Of a DNA stretch of 64,000 bases, positions 10,520 through 20,873 are shown in pieces. The translations under genes and the position numbers were made by a program. The notes below the pieces were generated by a model that was given only the letters and a program-made list of their open reading frames with translations, made no database searches and was not told where the DNA came from. The DNA lies in NCBI RefSeq assembly GCF_003202655.1, contig NZ_QGLR01000010.1, positions 164,582-228,581 of the forward strand, given 5' to 3'. Positions within the stretch are counted from its first letter, which is position 1. Every line of letters begins with the position of its first letter. The DNA comes from Gilliamella apicola. GTDB taxonomy: Bacteria; Pseudomonadota; Gammaproteobacteria; Enterobacterales; Orbaceae.

Positions 10520-11719
10520 TTAAATTTTCTTCATATCAATAACTTTTTTGAAACGTGAATAAACAATTAAACCTAATATTACACTTGTTGATGCGATGAC
10601 AAGATCAACTAAGATGGCGTAACTAACATTTGTTACTGCTAATTTTGGTACCACTAAAGGGATAACAATAAATGATAGGCCACTTAGGGTATACATGGTT
10701 CCAACTGCAAAGCCTTTATGATTAGGAAATAATTGTTGCATAACAACCAGGGTAAGTTGTAATACACCTCCGGCTGCTGTCAATCCCATGCCAATTGCCG
10801 CTATTAAGCTCATTGTCGAATTAAGATTAAAGAGGAACATTAATAAAATTAATGCTGATAGTAGGGGCAGAATAATAATACAATAAATTGGTTTTATGAA
10901 TTTTTTAACAATATAAGCAGTAGTAAACACGGAAATTATTGATGCAATACTATAATAGCTAATCAATTGTTTAGAGGCGATTGGATCCATTCCAATACCT
11001 TTTTCGGCAATCGCTGGTAACCACTGTAAAATGATGATAAAAGTAGCTGTAGTGGTAAAGCCCATAATAATTAATAAAAATCCTTCAAACAAAATATTTG
11101 GCTTGCCAATAAAATAGTCACTATGACCTTCATTGCCACAGATAACCGTATTTTTAGAAGGAAATTTTCTTGGTGTTAAAAATAAGAAATTTATAACAAT
11201 ACAAGCGACAAAACCAAGGAAAGCATAACCATACCATAAATCATAAGCATGGAATAGAGTAACAATAAATGGTAAGACTAATGTACCCATTGAGATAAAT
11301 GCTTTAATTAAAACACTCGCTGTGCCTGCGGAACGCGGAAAGCATTCGGTTAATGCTGGCATTGAACCTGTATCTAAAAATGAGTTCCCTGCCCCAATAA
11401 ACATAGCCAAAAAGAATGCAACATCTATATTATGACAAAAAAGCATCCCAATAAAAAAGATTATGTAACAACACATCCCCATAAGGATAAATGGTTTACG
11501 TCCAAATTTGTCAGAGAGTATTCCACCAATAAACATTAACAATATTTTACCTACACCTATTCCTGAAGCAACATAACCTACACCAACTATATCAGTGTTA
11601 AGTTGCGCTGAAATTTCGACAGAAAATTGCATAATTACGATTAAAGCGATACTTTGAATAATGTAATTAGCATAGATAGACCCTGCTATGGAACAGGAGC
11701 TGCTCTTATAGTCATTCAT
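10520..11719 (-). CDS. MFS transporter (YdiM/YdiN-like paralog)
   Basis: Same MFS signature (LSDKFGRKPF) and TM topology as 8693..9913. Confidence 0.8.
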   Translation of the reverse strand: MNDYKSSSCSIAGSIYANYIIQSIALIVIMQFSVEISAQLNTDIVGVGYVASGIGVGKILLMFIGGILSDKFGRKPFILMGMCCYIIFFIGMLFCHNIDVAFFLAMFIGAGNSFLDTGSMPALTECFPRSAGTASVLIKAFISMGTLVLPFIVTLFHAYDLWYGYAFLGFVACIVINFLFLTPRKFPSKNTVICGNEGHSDYFIGKPNILFEGFLLIIMGFTTTATFIIILQWLPAIAEKGIGMDPIASKQLISYYSIASIISVFTTAYIVKKFIKPIYCIIILPLLSALILLMFLFNLNSTMSLIAAIGMGLTAAGGVLQLTLVVMQQLFPNHKGFAVGTMYTLSGLSFIVIPLVVPKLAVTNVSYAILVDLVIASTSVILGLIVYSRFKKVIDMKKI

Positions 11720-11941
11720 TAGTTAATACTCCATTATTAATTTAAAAATTTTATAAATCTATTTAAGTTAATATTAGCGGTAAATGTGTTTTAATAAAAG
11801 AAAAAATAACCTTAGGAATTGTGCCATTAATTAATTATTATTTATATTCAATTAGTTATAATAAATAATAATATTTAAAATGGGCAAACGGAGGAATTTC
11901 ATCTCAATGGTAATGAATTAATCATTAAAAAAACAAATTTT

Positions 11942-12457
11942 TTAGTCGATATTGAGCACTTCTAAAAATTGCCCTAATATTTGCATCTCCGGACAATCAA
12001 CATTGATTACATGACTTGCGCAATCCATATAGAGATGATGACGATCTTCAAGTACTTTTTCCATCTCGTCAACAATAGATAAACCTGTTAACGAAGGGCG
12101 TTGAGCAATATTCGGATCTTTCATTAAACGTTCTGCTAGAATGTTTGCTGGAGCCGATAAAAAGAATACTATCCCCCTTTTTTGCATATGAAGACGATTT
12201 TGATCAGCTAAAATCATTCCGCCACCGGTTGCTATAACTCGACATGGTAGGGTAACATCCTTTAAAACTTGGCTTTCTTGCTTTCTAAAACCTTCCCATC
12301 CCTCTTTTTCTACTATTTCAGCCACAGTTTGTTTGGTGGTTTCATATAGGTAAACATCGGTATCAATAAATGAGTAATGTAATTTTTCAGCAAGTAAACG
12401 CCCCATTGTTGTTTTTCCTGACGCTCGCGCTCCAACGAGAAAGATGGTTTTATTCAT
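11942..12457 (-). CDS. aroL: Shikimate kinase (AroL-like, shikimate kinase II)
   Basis: Walker A GARASGKTT. Colinear with E. coli AroL (FLVGARASGKTT..., VIATGGGMIL, RPSLTG). Confidence 0.85.
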   Translation of the reverse strand: MNKTIFLVGARASGKTTMGRLLAEKLHYSFIDTDVYLYETTKQTVAEIVEKEGWEGFRKQESQVLKDVTLPCRVIATGGGMILADQNRLHMQKRGIVFFLSAPANILAERLMKDPNIAQRPSLTGLSIVDEMEKVLEDRHHLYMDCASHVINVDCPEMQILGQFLEVLNID

Positions 12458-12847
12458 TTTTAAAATCTCATATCAATAACCTAGTACACTTATATGTTAT
12501 TCTTTATATACATAATTGCAACAATTATTTACATATAACCATAAAATATTATAAACAGCAATTATATCAAACAATTAAACAACAAATATCTGTAAACATT
12601 TTATTACAACCAAAACAGTTTTATTAATAACTACTGGTGATTTAATTAAAATAAAAATTAGGTATCAATATTAAAAAAAATTAAAAACTGCTAGATGTGA
12701 CAGATTAATTCAGCCATGAGAAACAATTTATAGGAAAGTTTTCTAACTAGAAGGGAGATAAGAATATGTAATCTTAATTTAATAACTTAAATAACGTTTT
12801 AAAATTGTTCTAAGAAATAAAGCATTAGAGATTACATATGTTATATT

Positions 12848-13687
12848 TTAAAAACCATTTTTTTGATAAACATCATCAGGATTTGGGCCTGTTCTAAAGT
12901 TTTCATTCAAACTATCGATTTGCAGCATTTCATCTTCAGTGAGTTCGAAATCAAAAATTTGTCTATTTTCCGCTATACGCTTAGGGTTAACCGATTTAGG
13001 GATAACAATAAGATCTTTTTGCACATGCCAACGTAATGTTACTTGTGAAGCAGATTTTTGATATTTTTTACCAATATTTATTAATAAAGGTTCATCAACA
13101 ACCCGACCTCGAGCTAACGGACTCCAAGCCTCGATCGCAATTTGTTCTTTATTTAAGTATTCGATTAACTCTTTTTGTACTAAATAAGGATGAATCTCAA
13201 TTTGGTTAATCATTGGCTTGATATTTGCTTTCGTTTTTAACAATTCAAAATGAGATTGATGAAAGTTACAAACACCAATTACCCGAGCCATTTTTGTTTC
13301 ATAAATTTTTTCTAGCGCTTTCCAAGTATCGAAAAAATGATTTTTTAATGGCCAATGGACTAAGAACAGGTCTAGATAGTCTGTTTGTAAATCTTTTAAG
13401 GATTGTTCAACGGATTTTAACGTTAGTTCATAACCTTGATTGAGGTTACTTACCTTAGTGGTTAAAAATAGGTCTTGCCTAGCGACACCCGAATTAGCAA
13501 AAGCTTCGCCAAGTATTTTTTCATTATTATAAAGTTGAGCCGTATCAAATGAGCGATAACCATCGTTTAAGGCCGTCATGATAGCGTTATTGGCTTCTTG
13601 CTGATCAACAATTTTAAAAGTACCAAAACCTAACTGTTCAATTGATACAGAATTGCTTAAGCTAATTTTTTTAATTAATGGTGTCAT
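12848..13687 (-). CDS. Aldo/keto reductase (DkgA/2,5-diketo-D-gluconate reductase-like)
   Basis: AKR family hallmarks (LGFGTFK, catalytic D/Y/K/H context, HWP motif LFLVHWP). About 279 aa. Confidence 0.8.
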   Translation of the reverse strand: MTPLIKKISLSNSVSIEQLGFGTFKIVDQQEANNAIMTALNDGYRSFDTAQLYNNEKILGEAFANSGVARQDLFLTTKVSNLNQGYELTLKSVEQSLKDLQTDYLDLFLVHWPLKNHFFDTWKALEKIYETKMARVIGVCNFHQSHFELLKTKANIKPMINQIEIHPYLVQKELIEYLNKEQIAIEAWSPLARGRVVDEPLLINIGKKYQKSASQVTLRWHVQKDLIVIPKSVNPKRIAENRQIFDFELTEDEMLQIDSLNENFRTGPNPDDVYQKNGF

Positions 13688-13837
13688 TTTTCTCTCATCA
13701 AATTATTCTAGCTACCGAAATTAATCAATTTTTAAAACAACATATGTTGTTTTAAGTTTATCATTTAACAAATATATTTAAATTATCTATGTAAATAACA
13801 ACATTTATTAAATAATTATATGAATAGTAGCACAAAA

Positions 13838-14740
13838 TTAATTATTAAAAAAACTATCTCCACAATATTGGGTTAAAAATCGATAAAATTTTTGCGCTAC
13901 CGGCATCAGTGGTCTGTTTTTAACGGTTGCGACATAAATTTCACGTTTTTGACGATTTTTATTCATTGGTATCAATGAAACATTTGCTTGTTCTGGAACA
14001 GGTACGTTTATCATCATGCCTATACCGTAATTGATGGATACTAAACCAATCATGGCGTTTTCACTTTCAACATGACTAACCACATTGGTCAGTTTAACCC
14101 CTGATTCGCTAATAATACTATCCAGATAACCTTTCATACCGCTACGCTCGGTATATAAAATTACCGGCTCATTAGCGATATCTTTTAGATCTAATTTTTT
14201 GCGTTTAGATAGCGGATGTTCATTTGAGATAATAAAAACAATTTCTTGCTTAGCTAAACGCGTGAATTCTATTTCGGGATCATCATGCAAATAAGAGCAT
14301 AATCCGATATCATAACGTTTACTTTTGAGCTCTTGCACAATATTAGCGCTTAAATCTTCATAAAAAGAAAATGAAATATTTTTATATTCCGGTAAGCTAG
14401 TAAACGCTTTAATAATTTTGGGTACATACCCCATACATAATGAATAAACAAAAGCTAATCGGATATGTCCATGCGATATGCTAGTTAATTCTTTTATAAA
14501 TTGTTCACCTTCATTTAACGATTGTAATGCTTGATTTACGTAGAGGAGATACTGTTCCCCTTCTTTAGTCAACTCTACATTACGTCCCTTCTTCTGAAAT
14601 AACTTAATACCAACCTCTTTCTCTAATTCAGCAATAGCATGACTAAGACTTGGTTGACTAATAGAAAAATATTCGGAAGTGTAAGTATAGTGTTGATTTT
14701 TAGCGAGTATCTGAAAGTATTTAAGTTGTTTTATATTCAT
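13838..14740 (-). CDS. LysR-family transcriptional regulator
   Basis: N-terminal LysR HTH (IKQLKYFQILAKNQHYTYTSEYFSISQPSLSHAIAELEKEVGIKLFQKKGR) followed by a LysR substrate-binding domain. About 300 aa. Confidence 0.85.
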   Translation of the reverse strand: MNIKQLKYFQILAKNQHYTYTSEYFSISQPSLSHAIAELEKEVGIKLFQKKGRNVELTKEGEQYLLYVNQALQSLNEGEQFIKELTSISHGHIRLAFVYSLCMGYVPKIIKAFTSLPEYKNISFSFYEDLSANIVQELKSKRYDIGLCSYLHDDPEIEFTRLAKQEIVFIISNEHPLSKRKKLDLKDIANEPVILYTERSGMKGYLDSIISESGVKLTNVVSHVESENAMIGLVSINYGIGMMINVPVPEQANVSLIPMNKNRQKREIYVATVKNRPLMPVAQKFYRFLTQYCGDSFFNN

Positions 14741-14982
14741 GAATGCATTACTCTAATCAATGATTTGTTTATATTATAAGATGGTTAACACTAAAATGGA
14801 AAGTTTCAAGATTTTCTTAAATTGAATTGCTTGTTTGCTGACTAAAAGAATATTTATTAGTAATCAAATTTCATCATCAATTAAGAAAATCAAAAAATTT
14901 AATTTTATTCAAAATGATAATCTTTAAATGGTCTGGTTACTTTGCATAAAATAGCTTAATTAAATCTTTTATTCTATCGTTT

Positions 14983-15930
14983 TCAATTTAATTGAGACTT
15001 GTAATAAGATTTAAGGAGTTTTTCACTACGTTGAATTATTTGCTCTCGGACATGTTCCGGCTCTAAACAAATGCAGTTAGGTCCAAAACTCATTAAGATA
15101 CCATAACTGTAATCATCATCAATAAAGTCAAAATTCACTAGATATTGTGCATCATTAAGTTTTTCAATATCTTTTTCAGCGCAATAATCTAATACCCGCT
15201 CTAAGATAGAATGATCGATTAATAATTTTATTTTAAAGATTTTTTGTTGCATGTTGCTTTTAAATCCCGCGAACATGTCAGGAACTGATTTGCGAATAAA
15301 CTTGATTTCTGTTTTGTTGATGTCAGACATGTTAGATAGTTTGAATATCCGAAAATCTTTTTTAGCCAAACAATAACCCTGTAAATACCACTGTCTCTCT
15401 TTAAATAGCAGTTTGTAAGGCTCAACTGTACGCAAAACTTTTTCATTTTTTATTTTTATATAATTGAAAGATAACAGCAACTGTTCTTGTAACGCCATTT
15501 TAATGATGGCTATTTTGTTGTTAATATTTTCCTTCGAAAACCATGGTGATAAATCTATAGCTAGTTTGCCTACATCATCTCCTACTTGATTGAACTCTTG
15601 TTGAGTTAACAAGCATTTAATTTTCTCTAGTGTGGCTGATTTTTCATTTTCGTTTAATATTGGCGAAGATAATAAATTAAGTCCTTTTAATAAAATAATA
15701 ACATCATCCTTAGTAAATAACCCTTTGCTGATTTTATAATCTTTTAGGATGCTAATCCCGCCATGACTTCCTCTAAAAGTGATAATCGGTATACCTGCAT
15801 TTTCAACAACCTCTATGTCTCGATAGATTGTTCGTAAAGATACAGCAAATTTATCAGCCAACGCCTTAGCACTTATTTTCTCTTTTTGAAGCAATATCAT
15901 GATGATAGTGATGATGCGGTTAATTTTCAT
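14983..15930 (-). CDS. HTH-WYL domain transcriptional regulator (YafY-like)
   Basis: N-terminal DeoR-like HTH (RIITIIMILLQKEKISAKALADKFAVSLRTIYRDIEVVENAGIPI) followed by a WYL-type domain. About 315 aa. Confidence 0.75.
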   Translation of the reverse strand: MKINRIITIIMILLQKEKISAKALADKFAVSLRTIYRDIEVVENAGIPIITFRGSHGGISILKDYKISKGLFTKDDVIILLKGLNLLSSPILNENEKSATLEKIKCLLTQQEFNQVGDDVGKLAIDLSPWFSKENINNKIAIIKMALQEQLLLSFNYIKIKNEKVLRTVEPYKLLFKERQWYLQGYCLAKKDFRIFKLSNMSDINKTEIKFIRKSVPDMFAGFKSNMQQKIFKIKLLIDHSILERVLDYCAEKDIEKLNDAQYLVNFDFIDDDYSYGILMSFGPNCICLEPEHVREQIIQRSEKLLKSYYKSQLN

Positions 15931-16065
15931 ATGTTAGGTCATTAAAATAATCAATAAGTAATTTTAAATATGACAAACTGTTGTCACTATTACTCCATCA
16001 TAATACAGAGAATGTAATTTATATATTTTAATTTGTTTAATAGCAATATATTTAAAGGAGCCAAA

Positions 16066-16446
16066 ATGTTTAAACCGAATAGCATAATTATTTATGTTAA
16101 AAACGTCGATATAAGTACTGACTTTTATACAAAACTATTTGCACAAGAACCTATAGAAACTTATCCTGGATTCGCAGTTTTTTTGTTGAAAGATGAATTT
16201 GTTTTGGGATTACAACAAGCAGATGAAATAACCCCTAAAGCACCAAAGCATTACGGTGGTTTTGAACTATCTTTAAGTGATGTAACAAAAGATGAAGTAG
16301 ATAAAATTTATTCTGAATGGAGAAAGCTTAACTTAAAAATTGAACTTGAACCACAAATGCTCGATTTTGGTTATACGTTTGTTGCTAATGATCCTGATGG
16401 TCATCGTTTAAGGGTTTGTGCCACTGATACCTCAAATTTTGCTTAA
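16066..16446 (+). CDS. VOC/glyoxalase-bleomycin resistance family protein
   Basis: Small VOC-fold protein. The start was moved to the Met preceded by an AAAGGAG RBS at 16052-16058. Divergent from the WYL regulator. Confidence 0.7.
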   Translation: MFKPNSIIIYVKNVDISTDFYTKLFAQEPIETYPGFAVFLLKDEFVLGLQQADEITPKAPKHYGGFELSLSDVTKDEVDKIYSEWRKLNLKIELEPQMLDFGYTFVANDPDGHRLRVCATDTSNFA

Positions 16447-16557
16447 TATAACAAAGGAAGTTTTAACTCAAAGTAGGACTTTTTGTACACCAATAATCAT
16501 GATTTACTAGAGTCCTTATAGAAAGTATGCTTATCATGCATACTTTTATCGAATTAC

Positions 16558-18618
16558 TTAAGGAAATCGAGATTTTATAAAAGTTAGGATCTCATTTGCT
16601 TGAGTTGCGGTGTTTAATATTTCATAAAAATCGGGCATCTCAAGCAAAGCAACCAGCTCTGACATTGCGTTAATATGGCTAGTCTTATTAACTGCTGCTA
16701 AAGTAAAAATATATTGCGTGGGAATTTTATCATTCTTGAAAAGCATTGGTTTTTTTAATACTGTTATGCTCAATGACAGAGAGTTAACACCATCTTCTGG
16801 TTTTGCATGAGCCAGAGAGACATTTTTGCTTATCAAGAAACTGGTTCTATTTGAATTAACATTATCAATTATTTTCTCAATGTAACTTCGATTAATATAA
16901 TCCTTTTGCAATAATGGCAATGCAGCTGTAAATAAGGCACTTTGCCAATCATTAGCAGAGACATTTATTTGAATCAAATCTTCTTGAATCAAGTGACGAA
17001 TACCTAAACTTGGGTTTTCGATAGTGTTATTTTTATCTGTTTTATAAAAATATTGATAAAGCTCTTTTCTGATACCATTTTCGTTGGAAATTGTGCCGTA
17101 CTTTTTAAAAATATCGAGCAAGTCAGTTATCTTAGGATAGGTCAAATATGAGTTAATTTGCGAATAAACGCGTTCCAGTAATAAATACTCTTCCTCATCG
17201 GACATGATTGGCGATACGATGAAAAAAGGTTTATCTTGGTTATAAAAAACCAAATTATTTACAGTACTAAAGATTATATCGAAAAAATTTGTTAACGCTA
17301 AGGCTTCGGCTGTTTCCATTGGTCCTAAAAATAGAAAATCAGGGAAAAGAAACTTCAATCTATTATAGACAATGGAAGAACTACCAATACCATTTTGACA
17401 AACAATTACGGCAACGATTTGTTGATTGGTTGATATTTTATTTTCGTCGAGAATTGCCGCAAAATAGATGGTTAAAAAGGATATTTCATCATCTGGGATA
17501 TCATTATTAATGATCGGACAGATAATTTTTAAGGTTTCTTTAACAATCAAAAATAGTTTATTAAACTCTCCTTTTACTTTATCTAAAATTGGATTAATGA
17601 TTGGCAAACGAAAAAGTATTCGGTAATAAGCGGGTCTAAAATGGCTATAGAGTTTTTTCGAAATATCATCATTGTTATCAAATTTTATGCCTAAAAGCTG
17701 TTCAAATCTCGATATGATGATTTGCACAATATTTAAAATTAACTCCTGATCAACCGTCTTTATATCACGGTTCCCAACCGAATTGCCTAATAGCAAAGAA
17801 GTTAAGTATTGCACTTCATAAGTGTTATCATCTATTTTATATAATTTGAGCAACTCTGATGATATATGATACTCTTGCAACTTTATTATGATTTTATTTG
17901 GCATTGAGATAACAGGAATATATTCCAGTTTTTTAGTCATTCTTGGTAATAGGAATATCACTGTATAGATAAATTCTTTTTTCCTCTTTTCACCTAAAAA
18001 AATTTCATTTTTTAGCATAATTTCATTGATATCGTTTTTGATATCAAGGTAGTCAACCTTTTCTTGGTTTAAAAACAGATCATACAAGAATGTATCATCT
18101 AAATTATTGGATAAATCTTTGAGTAAATTTCTGAGAAAAAAATTACGGATCGATAATTCATCTCCAACTAACGAATACCCTTTTTCTCTAGTATAAGTGA
18201 TTAAAATGTCTTCGGAACTTAATAAAAGTCCTAGCTGTTTGATATCATTATTTAAAGTTGTTTTACTAATATTTAATGCTGATAAAAAATGTAATGAAGA
18301 GAGATAAGTATTTACATGATAGAGCAACATTAAAAAAATATATTTTTGTCTTTCCTCTGTTGAAAAAATATAATTTTTGCCGATTTTTCCGTTAATTAGA
18401 TTCTTAATTAGAAACACTTTACTTTTATCAGGCAAAGAGTAGTACGAGGTATTTTGCACAACCACACTTTGTTCATTTGAGGAGAGGTATTTATTGATTT
18501 TTAAAATTGAATAATCTAATTGTCGTTTAGTTATATTTAATAAATTCAATAAATACGTCTGTTCACAAGATTTTTCAATCAAAGTTAGGATAATTTTCTT
18601 TGATTTTAAGTCAATCAT
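16558..18618 (-). CDS. PRD/PTS-regulatory-domain transcriptional activator (MtlR/LicR/ManR-type) with a C-terminal EIIA(2) domain
   Basis: N-terminal HTH. The 686-aa length is typical of the HTH-Mga-PRD-PRD-EIIB-EIIA architecture. The C-terminal about 140 aa resemble PTS EIIA type 2 (LAHAKPEDGV...). Last gene of the PTS sugar-acid operon. Confidence 0.7.
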   Translation of the reverse strand: MIDLKSKKIILTLIEKSCEQTYLLNLLNITKRQLDYSILKINKYLSSNEQSVVVQNTSYYSLPDKSKVFLIKNLINGKIGKNYIFSTEERQKYIFLMLLYHVNTYLSSLHFLSALNISKTTLNNDIKQLGLLLSSEDILITYTREKGYSLVGDELSIRNFFLRNLLKDLSNNLDDTFLYDLFLNQEKVDYLDIKNDINEIMLKNEIFLGEKRKKEFIYTVIFLLPRMTKKLEYIPVISMPNKIIIKLQEYHISSELLKLYKIDDNTYEVQYLTSLLLGNSVGNRDIKTVDQELILNIVQIIISRFEQLLGIKFDNNDDISKKLYSHFRPAYYRILFRLPIINPILDKVKGEFNKLFLIVKETLKIICPIINNDIPDDEISFLTIYFAAILDENKISTNQQIVAVIVCQNGIGSSSIVYNRLKFLFPDFLFLGPMETAEALALTNFFDIIFSTVNNLVFYNQDKPFFIVSPIMSDEEEYLLLERVYSQINSYLTYPKITDLLDIFKKYGTISNENGIRKELYQYFYKTDKNNTIENPSLGIRHLIQEDLIQINVSANDWQSALFTAALPLLQKDYINRSYIEKIIDNVNSNRTSFLISKNVSLAHAKPEDGVNSLSLSITVLKKPMLFKNDKIPTQYIFTLAAVNKTSHINAMSELVALLEMPDFYEILNTATQANEILTFIKSRFP

Positions 18619-18669
18619 ACCATCTTCCTTACTAATAATATCAATGATTTACATAATTTATTAGTAATA

Positions 18670-19308
18670 TCAAGGATGTCTTTCCTTATATTTCTTCAAT
18701 GCATTTGCAAGACTAATTGCATTTTTACTTATGTCCTCAACCGATCCTTTAGTTAATAAGGAACCAATACCAATACATTCAATATCCGTATTTAGCCAAT
18801 CATCAACATTTTCTAACGTAACGCCACCCGAAGACAGAATAGGCACATATGGCATCGGCGTTTTAATCATATTAACTAAAGAGTTACCATAATAATTTGA
18901 AATCGGAAAAGCTTTAATCATAGCGGCGCCATTTTCTAAAGCCGTGACAATTTCCGTCATGGTGGTACAACCAGGCATATAGGGGATTTGATAACGATTG
19001 CATATTTTGCATACAGCATCACTATAATTAGGGGCTATGATAAATTTGGCACCGGCAAGAATTGCTAATCGGGCGGTTTCACTATCCAGTACTGTTCCTG
19101 CGCCAACTAAAATTTTGTCACCATATTCTTGGTTAAGTTGCTGAATTATTTGCCCAGCATTATTGTTTGTGTAACTAATTTCTACACAGTCAATTCCACC
19201 GGCTAAAATACCCTCAATGATTTCTTGTGCTCTTTTGAATGTTTCAACTCTAGCTATCACTAAAAATTTACTTTGTTCTAACCGAGTAACTATATTGGTT
19301 TTAAACAT
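18670..19308 (-). CDS. KDPG/KHG aldolase (Eda family)
   Basis: Eda-family fold signature (VIARVETFKRAQE, GIDCVEISYT, GAGTVL, FIIAPN, P-G-TTMTE). 212 aa. Confidence 0.8.
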   Translation of the reverse strand: MFKTNIVTRLEQSKFLVIARVETFKRAQEIIEGILAGGIDCVEISYTNNNAGQIIQQLNQEYGDKILVGAGTVLDSETARLAILAGAKFIIAPNYSDAVCKICNRYQIPYMPGCTTMTEIVTALENGAAMIKAFPISNYYGNSLVNMIKTPMPYVPILSSGGVTLENVDDWLNTDIECIGIGSLLTKGSVEDISKNAISLANALKKYKERHP

Positions 19309-19326
19309 GATAATTCCCCGCTCTAT

Positions 19327-20208
19327 TTATAAGTGATAATAGTTCTTTATCGTATTGACTATGTCTTGATTATCATCTGGACTGGTGACAGGTAAGACAG
19401 GTAATCGAGGTAAGCCAACATCAATACCAGCTAAAGATAAACTTTGTTTAAGAACAGAAGGAGTAGAAGCATATTTTAAAATCCGGCGAAATTCTTCAAG
19501 AGATTGTTGCCATTGTTCAGCTTTATCTAAATTACCGGCAATAAATTGCTTATATATTTGAACGTTGTTGGTGGTCAGTAAATTAGATGTAGCTGAAATA
19601 GCACCTGTAGCACCTAGTTTCAATGCCTTAAGAATAAGGGAGTCAGAACCAGAAAGAACCGAAAACTCATCTCTGGATGTGTTATCTATATAGCCAGCTA
19701 TATTGTTAATATCACCACTGCTATCTTTTATGCCAATGATATTACTGATTTTAGATAGTTTAGACACCAGCTCAAAGGATAAATTGATGCCGGTATTTTT
19801 AGGTATATTATAAAGGACTATTGGGATAGCAAGGTTTTCGGCAATCATTTGATAATGATTATATAATTCATTTTCTTTCAATGAAACAAAGTACGGCGTA
19901 ATTACCGATAACGCATCCACCCCGACAGCTATCATTTGCTTACCCAGTTTAATGACTTCGTCAGTGGAGTTACCACCAGCGCCCGCATGAACCGGCAATC
20001 TTTTAGCCACTATTTCTACAACTTTTTTAGCAAATTTAATTTTCATATCATTTTCTATAACATGAAATTCGCCATTGGTCCCCAATACAAAAATACCTTG
20101 AACACCATTTGCAATTAATTTTTCAATTAAAATTTCTGTTGCTTTAATATCAATATTTCCAGAGGATTCGAATGGTGTAACCATTGCAGTTATAATTCCA
20201 TTTAACAT
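19327..20208 (-). CDS. DapA/NanA-family (class I aldolase/dehydratase) protein
   Basis: GIITAMVTPF and GTNGE motifs and a Schiff-base lysine region, typical of the dihydrodipicolinate synthase / N-acetylneuraminate lyase family. The tracked ORF has a spurious 35-aa N-terminal extension. The real start is the ATG at 20208 with a GGAGGA RBS. Confidence 0.8.
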   Translation of the reverse strand: MLNGIITAMVTPFESSGNIDIKATEILIEKLIANGVQGIFVLGTNGEFHVIENDMKIKFAKKVVEIVAKRLPVHAGAGGNSTDEVIKLGKQMIAVGVDALSVITPYFVSLKENELYNHYQMIAENLAIPIVLYNIPKNTGINLSFELVSKLSKISNIIGIKDSSGDINNIAGYIDNTSRDEFSVLSGSDSLILKALKLGATGAISATSNLLTTNNVQIYKQFIAGNLDKAEQWQQSLEEFRRILKYASTPSVLKQSLSLAGIDVGLPRLPVLPVTSPDDNQDIVNTIKNYYHL

Positions 20209-20798
20209 ACTTTTCCTCCTCTTAGAGAAGCACCTAAACTGCCACCTGGATGCCATTGATAATACATATTTTCGGTTAAGCCTACAGCTTCTTGGAGTTT
20301 TATTGATAAACACTGTAAAATAATCACTTCAGCAAGTATGGATATTCGCGGGGGTTTGTTTAAGTTGTCCCCTTCTTGTTTTACCCCAGCAAATAAAAAT
20401 ATGTCGCAATGTTGAGCTAACCAAGAATTGTTATTGCCCGCAACCCCGATAATTTGTGTACCTAATTTTTGCAAAGTACAAATTGCTTTTTTTAACTCTT
20501 CTGTTTCACCACTATTGGAAATTGCAATCACGATATCACCTGATAAAACCTGCCCTGCCGAACCATGAATAGTTTCAGTTCCATCTAGAAAATAAGAAGG
20601 TATTCCTATTGATGAGAATAGCGAAGCAATATAATGAGCAACATAAGAAGGTTTACCAATTCCGGTAACATGTAGCCGACTGCCTTCATTTTTTTTGCTG
20701 ATGATTAAATCCTTTGCTTTATTTAAATTTTCTTCGCCAATATATTTAATATATTCTGACAATTCCGATTTGATACAATCAATATATTTTTCTAACAT
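20202..20798 (-). CDS. SIS-domain sugar-phosphate isomerase (6-phospho-3-hexuloisomerase/HxlB-like)
   Basis: SIS domain motifs (HVTGIGKPSYVA, ISNSGETEE). About 198 aa. Overlaps the next gene by 7 nt, so the two are likely translationally coupled. Confidence 0.7.
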   Translation of the reverse strand: MLEKYIDCIKSELSEYIKYIGEENLNKAKDLIISKKNEGSRLHVTGIGKPSYVAHYIASLFSSIGIPSYFLDGTETIHGSAGQVLSGDIVIAISNSGETEELKKAICTLQKLGTQIIGVAGNNNSWLAQHCDIFLFAGVKQEGDNLNKPPRISILAEVIILQCLSIKLQEAVGLTENMYYQWHPGGSLGASLRGGKVC

Positions 20799-20873
20799 AC
20801 AATTCCTCTATTTACTCAATGCTATGAAAAAATTAGCTATTTTTCAAAACATCTTTAATCAAACCGCTATACA

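Noticed and set aside
19327-20313. A long N-terminal extension of the DapA-family ORF (MFINKTPRSCRLNRKYVLSMASRWQFRCFSKRRKS...).
   Set aside because: The extension overlaps the upstream SIS gene and has no RBS. A GGAGGA RBS precedes the internal ATG at 20208, which matches the conserved DapA-family N-terminus. The gene was trimmed accordingly.
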